32,000 nucleotides of DNA from Sinorhizobium meliloti (GCF_017876815.1 NZ_JAGIOS010000003.1:780001-812000); one strand, 5' to 3'; shown: positions 1 through 7,587, numbered from the stretch's first letter. The notes: generated by a model not told the origin, from the letters alone. Program-made: numbers and translations.

Positions 1-237
1 TTGATAGGAATCATCGCCATTCTTGTGAGCCGGCGGTTGGACGCAGAGCTCATGGCGATTGTTACCGCGCCGGTCGTCATCATGATTCCGGGTCTCTACG
101 TATTCGAGATGCTTGTTCTGCTCAACCGGGGGCAGACGCTCGAGGCCATGCAGGCCTCGGGGGCAGGGATCTTCGTGATCAGCGCGCTCGCGATGGGGTT
201 GAGCGTGGCGCGCCTCGCAGTCCCGTGGGAAAGTTAG
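1..237 (+). CDS. C-terminal end of a threonine/serine exporter (ThrE/DUF3815-like) membrane protein; the 5' end lies outside the window
   Basis: Open from base 1 to TAG 235-237. Hydrophobic helices with PVVIMIPGLY and a GL-rich last helix, as I remember for ThrE_2 family proteins. The first codon is the window edge, not a start. Confidence 0.5.
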   Translation: MIGIIAILVSRRLDAELMAIVTAPVVIMIPGLYVFEMLVLLNRGQTLEAMQASGAGIFVISALAMGLSVARLAVPWES

Positions 238-480
238 TCGATGCGGGAAAGCTGTTCTATAGGGTGGTAGCCGCCGTCGATGAAGAACGTATCGCCGCGC
301 GGCCTCGTATGCGAACAACGCAGTGCGCCTCCGCCATCATCGTTGCTCCCCCCATCAAAGCAGAATGTTTGAGGGCGCCCGTCTCACAAAGGCCTGTTTG
401 AGGCTCATGTTGTGTCGAACGCCGGCCTGCGCGCTACCGATCGAAACGAGGCGTGTGGCCGCCTGCCTGATATTGACAGC
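234..480 (-). pseudogene. Decayed 3' remnant of a FabI/SDR-type reductase gene
   Basis: The reverse complement of 234-296 reads GDTFFIDGGYHPIEQLSRID-stop. This parallels the C-terminus of the intact FabI next door (GQVLYVDGGYHIVD-stop). Upstream similarity fades and needs frame changes. There is no start codon. Only the last 100 nt or so is convincing. Confidence 0.35.
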
Positions 481-492
481 TCCTATCCCGCG

Positions 493-1278
493 CTAGTCGA
501 CGATGTGGTAGCCGCCGTCGACGTAAAGCACCTGGCCGGTTATGAGTCGCGCCGCGTCGTGGGCGAGAAACGCGGTCGCCATGCCGACGTCATCAATGTC
601 GACGAGCTCGTTGGCCGGTGCCTTCAGCTTCGTCTTTTCAAGCAGCGCGTCGAATTCCGGGATACCGGAAGCGGCTCGGGTGGCAAGCGCCCCCGGCGAT
701 ATGGCGTGGACGCGAATGCCCTTGGAGCCAAGCTCGGCGGCCATGTAGCGCACGGCGCTTTCGAGCGCTGCCTTGGCGACCCCCATGATGTTGTAGTTCT
801 CCACCACCACCTGTGACCCGTAATAGGTCATTGTGAAAAGCGTCCCACCGTTCTTCATCAGCGGCTCCGCGAGTTGCGCCATACGGATGAAGGACCAGCA
901 GGAAATCTCCATCGTAGTCAGAAACCCCTCGCGCGGCGCATCGGTCACACGCCCGCCGAGGGTGTCCCTCGGGGAGAAGGCGATCGAGTGGACGAGGAAG
1001 TCGAGCTCTCCCCAGGTTTCGCCGATGCGCTCGAAGACCGCCTCGATCTGTCCAGGCACCGCCATGTCGAGCGGCAGGAAGATCGGGGCGTCGAGCTCGC
1101 GTGCCAGCGGCTCGACATGTGGCTTTGCCTTGTCGTTGAGATAGGTCACCGCGAGTTCCGCGCCCAAGGCACGAAACGCGCGGGCACAACCCCAGGCAAT
1201 AGAGCGATCGTTGGCAATGCCGACGATCAGGCCCTTACGACCTTCGAGAAGCTTGGCCTTGACGGTTGGAATGGACAT
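493..1278 (-). CDS. fabI: Enoyl-[acyl-carrier-protein] reductase (NADH), FabI family, 261 aa
   Basis: ORF 493..1569 trimmed to ATG 1276-1278 (MSIPTVKAKLLEGRKGLIVGIANDRSIAWG...). It has an SDR/FabI N-terminal nucleotide-binding motif and the YVDGGYHIVD C-terminus. It starts 14 nt after the ackA stop. Confidence 0.9.
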   Translation of the reverse strand: MSIPTVKAKLLEGRKGLIVGIANDRSIAWGCARAFRALGAELAVTYLNDKAKPHVEPLARELDAPIFLPLDMAVPGQIEAVFERIGETWGELDFLVHSIAFSPRDTLGGRVTDAPREGFLTTMEISCWSFIRMAQLAEPLMKNGGTLFTMTYYGSQVVVENYNIMGVAKAALESAVRYMAAELGSKGIRVHAISPGALATRAASGIPEFDALLEKTKLKAPANELVDIDDVGMATAFLAHDAARLITGQVLYVDGGYHIVD

Positions 1279-1292
1279 GCGGCAGTCTCCAG

Positions 1293-2477
1293 TCAGGCGT
1301 TGGGAGCGCTGATGAGCGCCAAGGTATGGCGCGCGATCATCAGCTCTTCGTCGGTTTGAAGGACATGAACGGCAACCCGGCTCTCGGCCGTTGAGATCAA
1401 CGCAGCGCCAGCCTCGTTTGCCGCCGGATCGAGCTCTGCCCCGAGCCACGCGAGGCCTTCGACGATACGTGCGCGGATCGAGGGCGAGTTCTCGCCGACG
1501 CCCGCGGTAAAGACGAAGGCATCGATTCCTCCCAGTGCCGCCGCGAGCATGCCCGCATTGAGCACACACCGGTAAACGAAATGAGCAACGGCGAGCGCGG
1601 CATGTGGGTCGTCACTCGCCAGAAGATCGCGCATGTCGTTCGAGAGGCCCGACAACCCTTTGAGCCCGGCGTCATGATAGAGGAGATCCGAGACGGCTTG
1701 CGCCTTCATGCCCTTCTGGAGGATCAGGTAGAGGACGACGCCCGGATCGAGCTGGCCCGGCCGCGTCCCCATCGGCAACCCGTCGAGGGCGGTGAAGCCC
1801 ATTGTGCTCTCGATGCTGCGGCCGTCGCGCAACGCGCACATCGAAGCACCGCTGCCGAGATGAGCGACGACGACGCGCCCCTTGGCCGCTCTCGACGCCA
1901 CGTCTCGGAGCCGCTCGGCGATATATTCATACGAAAGTCCGTGAAAGCCGTAGCGCCGGACACCCTCATCATAGAAGCTTCGCGGCAGGGCATAGCAATC
2001 GGTGTGCCTGGCGTGGCCACGATGAAAGGCAGTATCGAAGCAGGCGACCTGTGGCACATCCGGATTGATCTCCATCGCCAGACGAATCGGCGCAAGGTTG
2101 TTCGGCTGATGCAGAGGTGCGAGGTCCTGGTAGCCTGCGAGGCGGTCGAGCACGTCCGCATCGATCAGCACGGGCCGCTTGTAGTCGGGACCGCCGTGCA
2201 CGACCCGGTGACCGACTGCCTGCAACTCGAAGCCCTCCAGCGTTAGGAGCCAGTGTCTAGCCTCGGTAATGGCGGCCGGAAGATCGCGAACTGCCTTCGC
2301 GTCATAGGTCTGGTCGATGAGTTGGGTGCCGTCGGCCGCCGTCGCCTGCAGACGCGGCCGGGTCCCGATGCCGTCGACTTTCCCGCGAATCTGATGCGTC
2401 AGGTCCATGCCGGCGATGCCGAAAACCTGGAACTTGAGGCTCGATGAGCCGGCGTTGACGACAAGGAGCGCGTCCAT
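1293..2477 (-). CDS. ackA: Acetate/propionate-family kinase, 394 aa
   Basis: ORF 1293..2630 trimmed to ATG 2475-2477 ([19 protein letters not shown]..., the classic AckA N-terminus). Also HRVVHGG, FHGLSY and TAGVGENS motifs. It starts 4 nt after the pta stop at 2482. Confidence 0.9.
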   Translation of the reverse strand: MDALLVVNAGSSSLKFQVFGIAGMDLTHQIRGKVDGIGTRPRLQATAADGTQLIDQTYDAKAVRDLPAAITEARHWLLTLEGFELQAVGHRVVHGGPDYKRPVLIDADVLDRLAGYQDLAPLHQPNNLAPIRLAMEINPDVPQVACFDTAFHRGHARHTDCYALPRSFYDEGVRRYGFHGLSYEYIAERLRDVASRAAKGRVVVAHLGSGASMCALRDGRSIESTMGFTALDGLPMGTRPGQLDPGVVLYLILQKGMKAQAVSDLLYHDAGLKGLSGLSNDMRDLLASDDPHAALAVAHFVYRCVLNAGMLAAALGGIDAFVFTAGVGENSPSIRARIVEGLAWLGAELDPAANEAGAALISTAESRVAVHVLQTDEELMIARHTLALISAPNA

Positions 2478-2481
2478 GGCG

Positions 2482-3438
2482 CTACACCGCTGCCACTTGC
2501 GCGGCCCGTCGCCGCGCGGAGCAGAGCGCAGCGACAGCGCATGATGCAAGGCGCGTGCGCACCGAATCCGCCCGTGAGGTGAGCACGATCGGCACACGGG
2601 CGCCAAGGACGATGCCGGCTGCATCAGCATGGGTAAGAAAAGTCAGGTTCTTGGCCAGCATGTTCCCGGCTTCGAGATCCGGCACCACGAGGATGTGGGC
2701 GTGGCCGGCAACCGGCGAATTGATTCCCTTGATGCGCGCGGCTCCCGGATCAATCGCGTTGTCGAAGGCCAGTGGTCCTTCAAGCAGGCCGCCCGTGATC
2801 TGGCCGCGTTCGGCCATCTTGCAAAGCGCGGCGGCTTCGATCGTCGAAGGAATTTTGGCCGTCACCGTCTCGACCGCCGAAAGAATGGCAACACGGGGCT
2901 CGCCGAGACCGATCGTGACCCAGAGATCGATCGCGTTCTGCACGATGTCGCGCTTGGCTTCGAGGTCAGGAAAGATGTTGATCGCCGCGTCCGTGATGAA
3001 CAGCGTGTCGGCGTGGCCGGGCACGTCCATCACGAAGACGTGGCTGATTCGCCGCTCGGTCCGAAGGCCCGTGGCAGAGGCGGCGACCTCGTGCATCAGT
3101 TCGTCGGTATGAAGGCTGCCCTTCATCAGGAGTTCGCCCCTGCCCTCGCGGATCAATGCGACCGCCTTGGCGGCCGCGGCATGGCTGTGCGGGACATCGA
3201 CGATCTCTCGCCGCCCAAGATCGAGCCGGTGTTCCGCCGCGACATTGCGGATCTTGGCTTCCGGCCCGACCAGTATAGGCGTGATTAGCCCCATCTCGGC
3301 GGCTTCTATGGCGCCACTCAGCGAAGTTTCATCGCAAGGATGCGCCACGATGGTGACCGCGGGCGCCTCGGCTCGTGCGGCCGCAATCAGGCGGTCATAT
3401 TTGGACGGCTGGGTCGCCAGCGTGGTCACCTCGGACAC
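2482..3438 (-). CDS. pta: Phosphate acetyl/butyryl-transferase (PTA_PTB single-domain, Ptb-like size), 318 aa
   Basis: Full ORF. Only the catalytic PTA_PTB domain is present ([10 protein letters not shown]..., [10 protein letters not shown]..., GNMLAKNL...). It lacks the long N-terminal domains of E. coli-type Pta. An 18-nt gap separates it from the upstream gene. Confidence 0.85.
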   Translation of the reverse strand: MSEVTTLATQPSKYDRLIAAARAEAPAVTIVAHPCDETSLSGAIEAAEMGLITPILVGPEAKIRNVAAEHRLDLGRREIVDVPHSHAAAAKAVALIREGRGELLMKGSLHTDELMHEVAASATGLRTERRISHVFVMDVPGHADTLFITDAAINIFPDLEAKRDIVQNAIDLWVTIGLGEPRVAILSAVETVTAKIPSTIEAAALCKMAERGQITGGLLEGPLAFDNAIDPGAARIKGINSPVAGHAHILVVPDLEAGNMLAKNLTFLTHADAAGIVLGARVPIVLTSRADSVRTRLASCAVAALCSARRRAAQVAAV

Positions 3439-3456
3439 TCGGAACTCCCTCTCCAG

Positions 3457-5673
3457 TCAGGATGCGTTGCGATCACGTGCGGCCTTGCGCACCATGAGAG
3501 GGACCGGCGCTTCGCCGCTCAGGCCAAAAAGCGCTGTCACGCTTTGCAGCCGCTCGGCGGCAATGCCAGTCAGCAGCCCGGGAGCCTCCAGGACCTCTCG
3601 TAGCGCGGCAAAGGCAGCGCGGCGTTCCTCGATTTTCTCCGGCAGCAATTTTGGAATGGCCGCAAGCGCCGCCTCCTCGTCGACCAGCAACATGAAATAC
3701 TGCGTGCGCATCAGTGCCTTGAACTCGGCAAGCGTCAATTGCTTGGCGGAGGGATGAGCGCGCCGAAGTCGACGGACCGTTTCGAAACCGCGCTCATCGA
3801 CTCTGCCGCGCGCCATGCCGACAAAGAGCAGCGCCCGGGCGAGTGCCTCCCGAAGCCCGCCCTTTGCCATGTCAGCTTTGAGCGCCGCGATCCTGTTTTC
3901 CAGCAGCGCGTGGTGCAGCAGGTTCTTTGCCGCCTTGCGTGGACGGCGCTCGGTCTTCGTGTCGATACCGAGCGCGGCTTGCAAGGCGGGCGCGCCATAG
4001 ACCGCGCGGAACGTCTGTTCTGAAAGATGTTCGACCATCTGTCGCCAAGCTTCCAGCCCGTCGACGACCTGCCGGGACATGTTCTCTTGTAGCGCGAGGA
4101 GCGGGTTGTCAGGCGCCGCCGGTTGACGCGCGTCGCGGACGAGCCCGGCGGCCGCCTGGACCCAAGCCATGACGGGATTGCCAGGACCGAACACTTCATA
4201 TTGCAAGCGCAACGGGTGGATGCTCCGCATCGCCTCCGCCATCGGTGGCGTCACCATCCCCTTGATCCAAGGCTGCAGGTAGGTTCGGTACAGCGCCAGA
4301 TTGATCTCCGAGACTCGGGCGGCCGCAGCGAAGCGGCGGTCGTCCTCAAGATCGTTGCCGCCGAAGGCACGGATGTCGTCGAGCGTGCGCGCCTCGCAGC
4401 GCATAATCCATTCGCCGCTGACCAAGTCCGGATTCTCGACAGCCGGCCCCACTGGCTCCAGCACCGCTTCGTAAAGGCCGGGCGGCAGCACGTCGATCAG
4501 GTCGATATTCGAGGCGAACTCGTCGTGTTCCTTGCGGGCCACACCGGCGGAAACAAAGATGCCGAGGTGCCCGATCTTCTCGTGCACCGTGTAGACGATG
4601 GTCTGGCCGTGTGCACGGATCTCGTCGACGCTGTCGTAAAGATCCAAAATCCAGTCGAGCGCCTGCGCCGGTGGAGTGATGTTGTCGCCCTTTGAGCAGA
4701 AGACGACGATCGGCGAGCGGATGTTGCGCATGTCGATGGTGGTGCCGTCGGAGGTCTGGATCTCGCCCGCCGCAAGCTTGTTGCCGACGAAGAGCTCATC
4801 GACGATGAACTGCATCTCCTCTGCATTCAGCCTCACATGCCCGCCCCACCAGCGCTCGAAGCCGAGATAGCGGCCAGCCTCGGTGTCTACCTTGGAATAG
4901 AGGTTATATTGCTTGGTCCAGAGCGTGTTAGCGGGGTTCTGGTTCTCAAAGTTCTGCACCAACCAGGCGCCATCGAATATGCCGGCGCCAAGATCGCCGG
5001 TCAGCGCAGTCAGCCAGCTGCCGCCAAGCAGGCCTCCCGAATAGCGCATCGGATACTGGCCCCGGATACCTGCCCAATAGGAAAGCGGCGCGCCCGCGAT
5101 AATAATCGGGCCGAACAGTTCCGGGCGCAACGAGGCAAGGATCATCACGGCCCAGCCGGCCTGGCAGTTGCCGATGACGCAGGGCTTGCCATCGGCATCG
5201 GGGTGGCGGGCGATCACTGTTTCGAGGAAGATCGCTTCGGAGCGAGTGATATCCTCAATGGTTTGGCCGGGAACCGGTTCAGGAAGAAAGCCTATGAAAT
5301 AACAGGCGTGGCCCGCCTTCATCGCGACCCCGATCTCACTGTCTGCCTTGAAGCCACCAATGCCGGGTCCGTGGCCGGCGCGCGGATCGACGACGACAAA
5401 CGGCTTTTTCAATGGATCGATCACCGCGCCGGCGGGCGGCACGATCCGGACGAGTGCATAGTTGACGGGACGATCGAGCTTGCGGCCGTCGCAGACGAGT
5501 TCCGCATCGTAGTCAAGCACGTTTGGCGCGGGCTGCGCCGTATGCTCTTCGTACTGCGCCGCGCGCTGCCGCATCACGTCCAGAAACAGGATGGAGCGTT
5601 GCCAGGCATCGAGCGCATAGGCGTAGGCATCCGCAAGGGTCGGTATTGTCGGGATCGAGGATTGCTCAGGCAT
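3457..5673 (-). CDS. DUF3141 alpha/beta-hydrolase-fold protein (PHA synthase/depolymerase-like), about 738 aa
   Basis: ORF 3457..5718. I prefer ATG 5671-5673 (MPEQSSIPT...) because GAGGAG lies 8 nt upstream and the predicted anaerobox-driven TSS (about 5713) is downstream of the 5718 ATG. The N-terminus AYALDAWQRSILFLDVMRQR and the IGNCQAGWA box (G-x-C-x-G nucleophile elbow) are as I recall for DUF3141. Confidence 0.8.
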   Translation of the reverse strand: MPEQSSIPTIPTLADAYAYALDAWQRSILFLDVMRQRAAQYEEHTAQPAPNVLDYDAELVCDGRKLDRPVNYALVRIVPPAGAVIDPLKKPFVVVDPRAGHGPGIGGFKADSEIGVAMKAGHACYFIGFLPEPVPGQTIEDITRSEAIFLETVIARHPDADGKPCVIGNCQAGWAVMILASLRPELFGPIIIAGAPLSYWAGIRGQYPMRYSGGLLGGSWLTALTGDLGAGIFDGAWLVQNFENQNPANTLWTKQYNLYSKVDTEAGRYLGFERWWGGHVRLNAEEMQFIVDELFVGNKLAAGEIQTSDGTTIDMRNIRSPIVVFCSKGDNITPPAQALDWILDLYDSVDEIRAHGQTIVYTVHEKIGHLGIFVSAGVARKEHDEFASNIDLIDVLPPGLYEAVLEPVGPAVENPDLVSGEWIMRCEARTLDDIRAFGGNDLEDDRRFAAAARVSEINLALYRTYLQPWIKGMVTPPMAEAMRSIHPLRLQYEVFGPGNPVMAWVQAAAGLVRDARQPAAPDNPLLALQENMSRQVVDGLEAWRQMVEHLSEQTFRAVYGAPALQAALGIDTKTERRPRKAAKNLLHHALLENRIAALKADMAKGGLREALARALLFVGMARGRVDERGFETVRRLRRAHPSAKQLTLAEFKALMRTQYFMLLVDEEAALAAIPKLLPEKIEERRAAFAALREVLEAPGLLTGIAAERLQSVTALFGLSGEAPVPLMVRKAARDRNAS

Positions 5674-5747
5674 CTGTCCACTCCTCGGCGCGACCGAAGG
5701 TCGGCCCCATTCCTGCATACAAATATGAGCACGATCTTTGTTGAGCG

Positions 5748-5761
5748 GTGATCTGCGTCAA
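5748..5761 (-). promoter_or_regulatory. FixK/FNR-type anaerobox (GTGATCTGCGTCAA, 9/10 to TTGAT-N4-GTCAA) upstream of the DUF3141-pta-ackA-fabI operon
   Basis: Read directly. On the minus strand, 22 nt after the box lies TATTTG (plus 5720-5725), within CATATTTG. This is class-II (-41.5) geometry with a TSS near 5713, 40 nt before ATG 5673. Confidence 0.5.
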
Positions 5762-5857
5762 AGAAGGCGAGCGGCAAGGCCGCAACATTATCCAATTATT
5801 GAAAACCCGTGGATGGCTCTGGTTTTATGAGATTTTATTTTACGGGTTCGAAGAGCA

Positions 5858-5873
5858 TAACAATGCCTTGTTA
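5858..5873. repeat. 16-bp inverted repeat TAACAA-TGCC-TTGTTA in the AT-rich operon upstream region
   Basis: Perfect 6-bp arms read directly. Function unknown; candidate operator. Confidence 0.6.
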
Positions 5874-5961
5874 CGGCGGTTTGACAAATCCCAAAAGTTG
5901 CAATGCCCGGCCGACCGTCATCGTCTGAAGCATCGCACTGAAAAGGACCCTCCGCAAGACG

Positions 5962-6137
5962 GCCCTTGAAATTCAAGCCCTAGCCGATGTGGCGGGGTTG
6001 CTCCATTTGATGGTGTACTCGGTTTTCTCAGACAAGAAATCTTCCTACGTGAACTGATTTCGAATGCCGCAGATGCCTGCGAGAAGCTGCGTTACGAGGC
6101 GATCGTTGCGCCCGAACTGCTCGGCAACGAGCCTGCG
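5962..6137 (+). pseudogene. htpG: 5' fragment of an htpG (Hsp90) gene with a 1-nt frameshift
   Basis: Translation reads [25 protein letters not shown], a frame slip in the A-run near 6038-6041, then [32 protein letters not shown]. This matches the conserved HtpG N-terminus ([34 protein letters not shown]...KLR). Similarity is lost after about 6137. The remaining roughly 560 codons are absent. Confidence 0.65.
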
Positions 6138-6212
6138 CCGCCATCCTCTCCGCCAGCGGTTTCAGCCAACGCTTTGGTTTTGTTTGGCTTGCCAGAACGG
6201 CAAAAGAGGTGC

Positions 6213-6524
6213 TTACACCTCCTCGATGGTTACCGGGTTGGCCGTCATGACGTCGCCGACGCGCCATGAGCATCGCCTGATGAAGGCGTTCGCCCTGTCA
6301 TCGGGATCGATCGCCATGTCCGCCATCAACACCGATGCTTCACTGCAGAGTTCCGCCCGTCGGATCAGGTCGCCCTCGCTGATGACGCCGAGCAAGCGCC
6401 CATCGTCGTCAACGACCGGGACGCCGCTTACGTGGTGGTCGAACATCAGCTTGGCTGCCTGTCTGACGCTGTTGTCAGGCGACAGTTTGACAACCTTTGT
6501 CGTCATCACATCCTTGACAAGCAT
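6213..6524 (-). CDS. CBS-domain protein, apparently 3'-truncated (103 aa)
   Basis: [56 protein letters not shown] is a complete CBS motif. The second motif starts at [15 protein letters not shown] and stops after 15 residues. GGAG lies 10 nt upstream of the ATG. Confidence 0.6.
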   Translation of the reverse strand: MLVKDVMTTKVVKLSPDNSVRQAAKLMFDHHVSGVPVVDDDGRLLGVISEGDLIRRAELCSEASVLMADMAIDPDDRANAFIRRCSWRVGDVMTANPVTIEEV

Positions 6525-6794
6525 ATCGATCGAACTCCGGTACAGACGTCTCCGCCACTACGGCACCGCGCCTATAAGACGCGCGAAAGTTGTTGTAGCG
6601 CTTTGGATCGCTGCGAAGCTGAGTTGAGCCATACTCAAGCAAGCTCCGCGACGATCTCAAGCGTGGCCCATCGAGATCCCGCCTGATTGTGAACTCCTCC
6701 ATTCTGTGCTGCCATTCGGAAAAGCGAATTGCAGCGGAAAGATGCTGAACGCCGACTTCCTCGTGTGACGATAAGGCCAAAGGGACCGTTGGCA

Positions 6795-6808
6795 TTGACC
6801 GGAGTCAA
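6795..6808 (-). promoter_or_regulatory. Perfect FixK/FNR anaerobox TTGACCGGAGTCAA
   Basis: 10/10 to TTGA(T/C)-N4-(A/G)TCAA. On the minus strand TATCGT (TAnnnT) follows after 21 nt. No comparable -10 exists on the plus side. It would give a leader of about 235 nt to the CBS gene ATG (6524). Confidence 0.55.
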
Positions 6809-7085
6809 TATATCGACACTTGCTCCGGCGAATCGAGAAGCTCGTCCGGCGCTGCTTTCGTCGATATCGGCGCGTTGCAGGATGCTCCCCGACAAACTCG
6901 CCCAGCCTCTGCCACAGCAGAAGCTATGCGGACGCAACCCGCGCCTAAGCCAGTCCGCCGGGAGCGCGCCCGCTCCGCCTGGATTTGATGGAGATCAATG
7001 CGCAGAAGGCGGTGTTGGTGTATGTGCGATCAGAGACTGGGACCGCCCTTCGTTCAAGCCGAGGAGTAGACCGAATGCCTCAGCA

Positions 7086-7163
7086 ATCGGCAACTGCCAG
7101 GCCGGCTGGGCGCCGATGAGCCTCGCATCGCTGCGCCCGGAACTGTTCGGTCCGATCGTCATC
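7086..7163 (+). pseudogene. 78-nt fragment of a DUF3141 gene paralogue (nucleophile-box region), inverted relative to the intact gene
   Basis: It translates IGNCQAGWAPMSLASLRPELFGPIVI, against IGNCQAGWAVMILASLRPELFGPIII encoded at 5098-5175 (-). My hand alignment gives 67/78 identical nt. There is no similarity on either side. Confidence 0.7.
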
Positions 7164-7200
7164 ACACCAAACGAATGACTTCAAGGGTACCCAGGAGAAC

Positions 7201-7587
7201 ATGGGGACGCCGGTGCTAGATCAAGTGGGGTTCGAATTGATCATATACGTCGCCGAGATTTCAGGACGCGGCATCGCCGCTTTTGACGCAGCCAACGACA
7301 TTGAAGCGCAAGCGCAGTTGGCAAACAGGGGACTCCTACGGGACCTGATTGTCTTGCAGAATGAGGGTCGCGCACTCTGGGATGGTGTCGCGGACATCCA
7401 TTTGCGGACGGCGACCCCTGAGGAGACCGAGATCTGGCAAACAAGCCGGACGGCGGCTGTTCAGTCAGGTGAGGATTCCGATGACGAGGGTCGACATGTC
7501 TTCCTAGTCCCCGTCGTCGATCCTTCTCATGACAATTTCGACGATGACGATAACCCCCACCATGACGAGGACCGTGACGGCGACTGA
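7201..7587 (+). CDS. Hypothetical protein with a strongly acidic tail, 128 aa
   Basis: ATG preceded by AGGAGA at 6 nt. C-terminus DNFDDDDNPHHDEDRDGD. I cannot assign a family. Confidence 0.55.
   Translation: MGTPVLDQVGFELIIYVAEISGRGIAAFDAANDIEAQAQLANRGLLRDLIVLQNEGRALWDGVADIHLRTATPEETEIWQTSRTAAVQSGEDSDDEGRHVFLVPVVDPSHDNFDDDDNPHHDEDRDGD

Noticed and set aside
493-1569. Long N-terminal extensions in the ORF track for several genes: fabI 358 aa, ackA 445 aa (1293..2630), fixI 886 aa (14238..16898), fixO 270 aa (18597..19409), aqpZ 241 aa, DUF3141 753 aa.
   Set aside because: The extensions are Arg/Pro/Cys-rich, overlap the upstream genes, and precede internal ATGs. Those ATGs have proper SD spacing and family-typical N-termini. 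They are high-GC open-frame artefacts, so I trimmed the genes.
5870-5888. A possible PhoB box (TTGTCAA-accg-CCGTAAC on the minus strand) upstream of the pta operon. I looked for it because I recall PhoB control of pta-ackA in S. meliloti.
   Set aside because: Only about 5/7 matches per half-site by eye, and it lies about 200 nt from the start codon. Too weak to call without a matrix scan.
6475-6937. 106-aa and 100-aa minus-strand ORFs, and the 149-aa plus ORF 6729..7178, in the fragment zone.
   Set aside because: Only the last 26 codons of the plus ORF carry signal (the DUF3141 shard). The others have no motifs or SD, and one starts inside the anaerobox.
7225-7233. GGTTCGAAT, a tRNA T-loop-like motif. 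A similar GGGTTCGAAG occurs at 5845-5854.
   Set aside because: The flanking bases cannot form T-stem or acceptor pairing. The first lies inside a supported CDS. No tRNA was found in the window.
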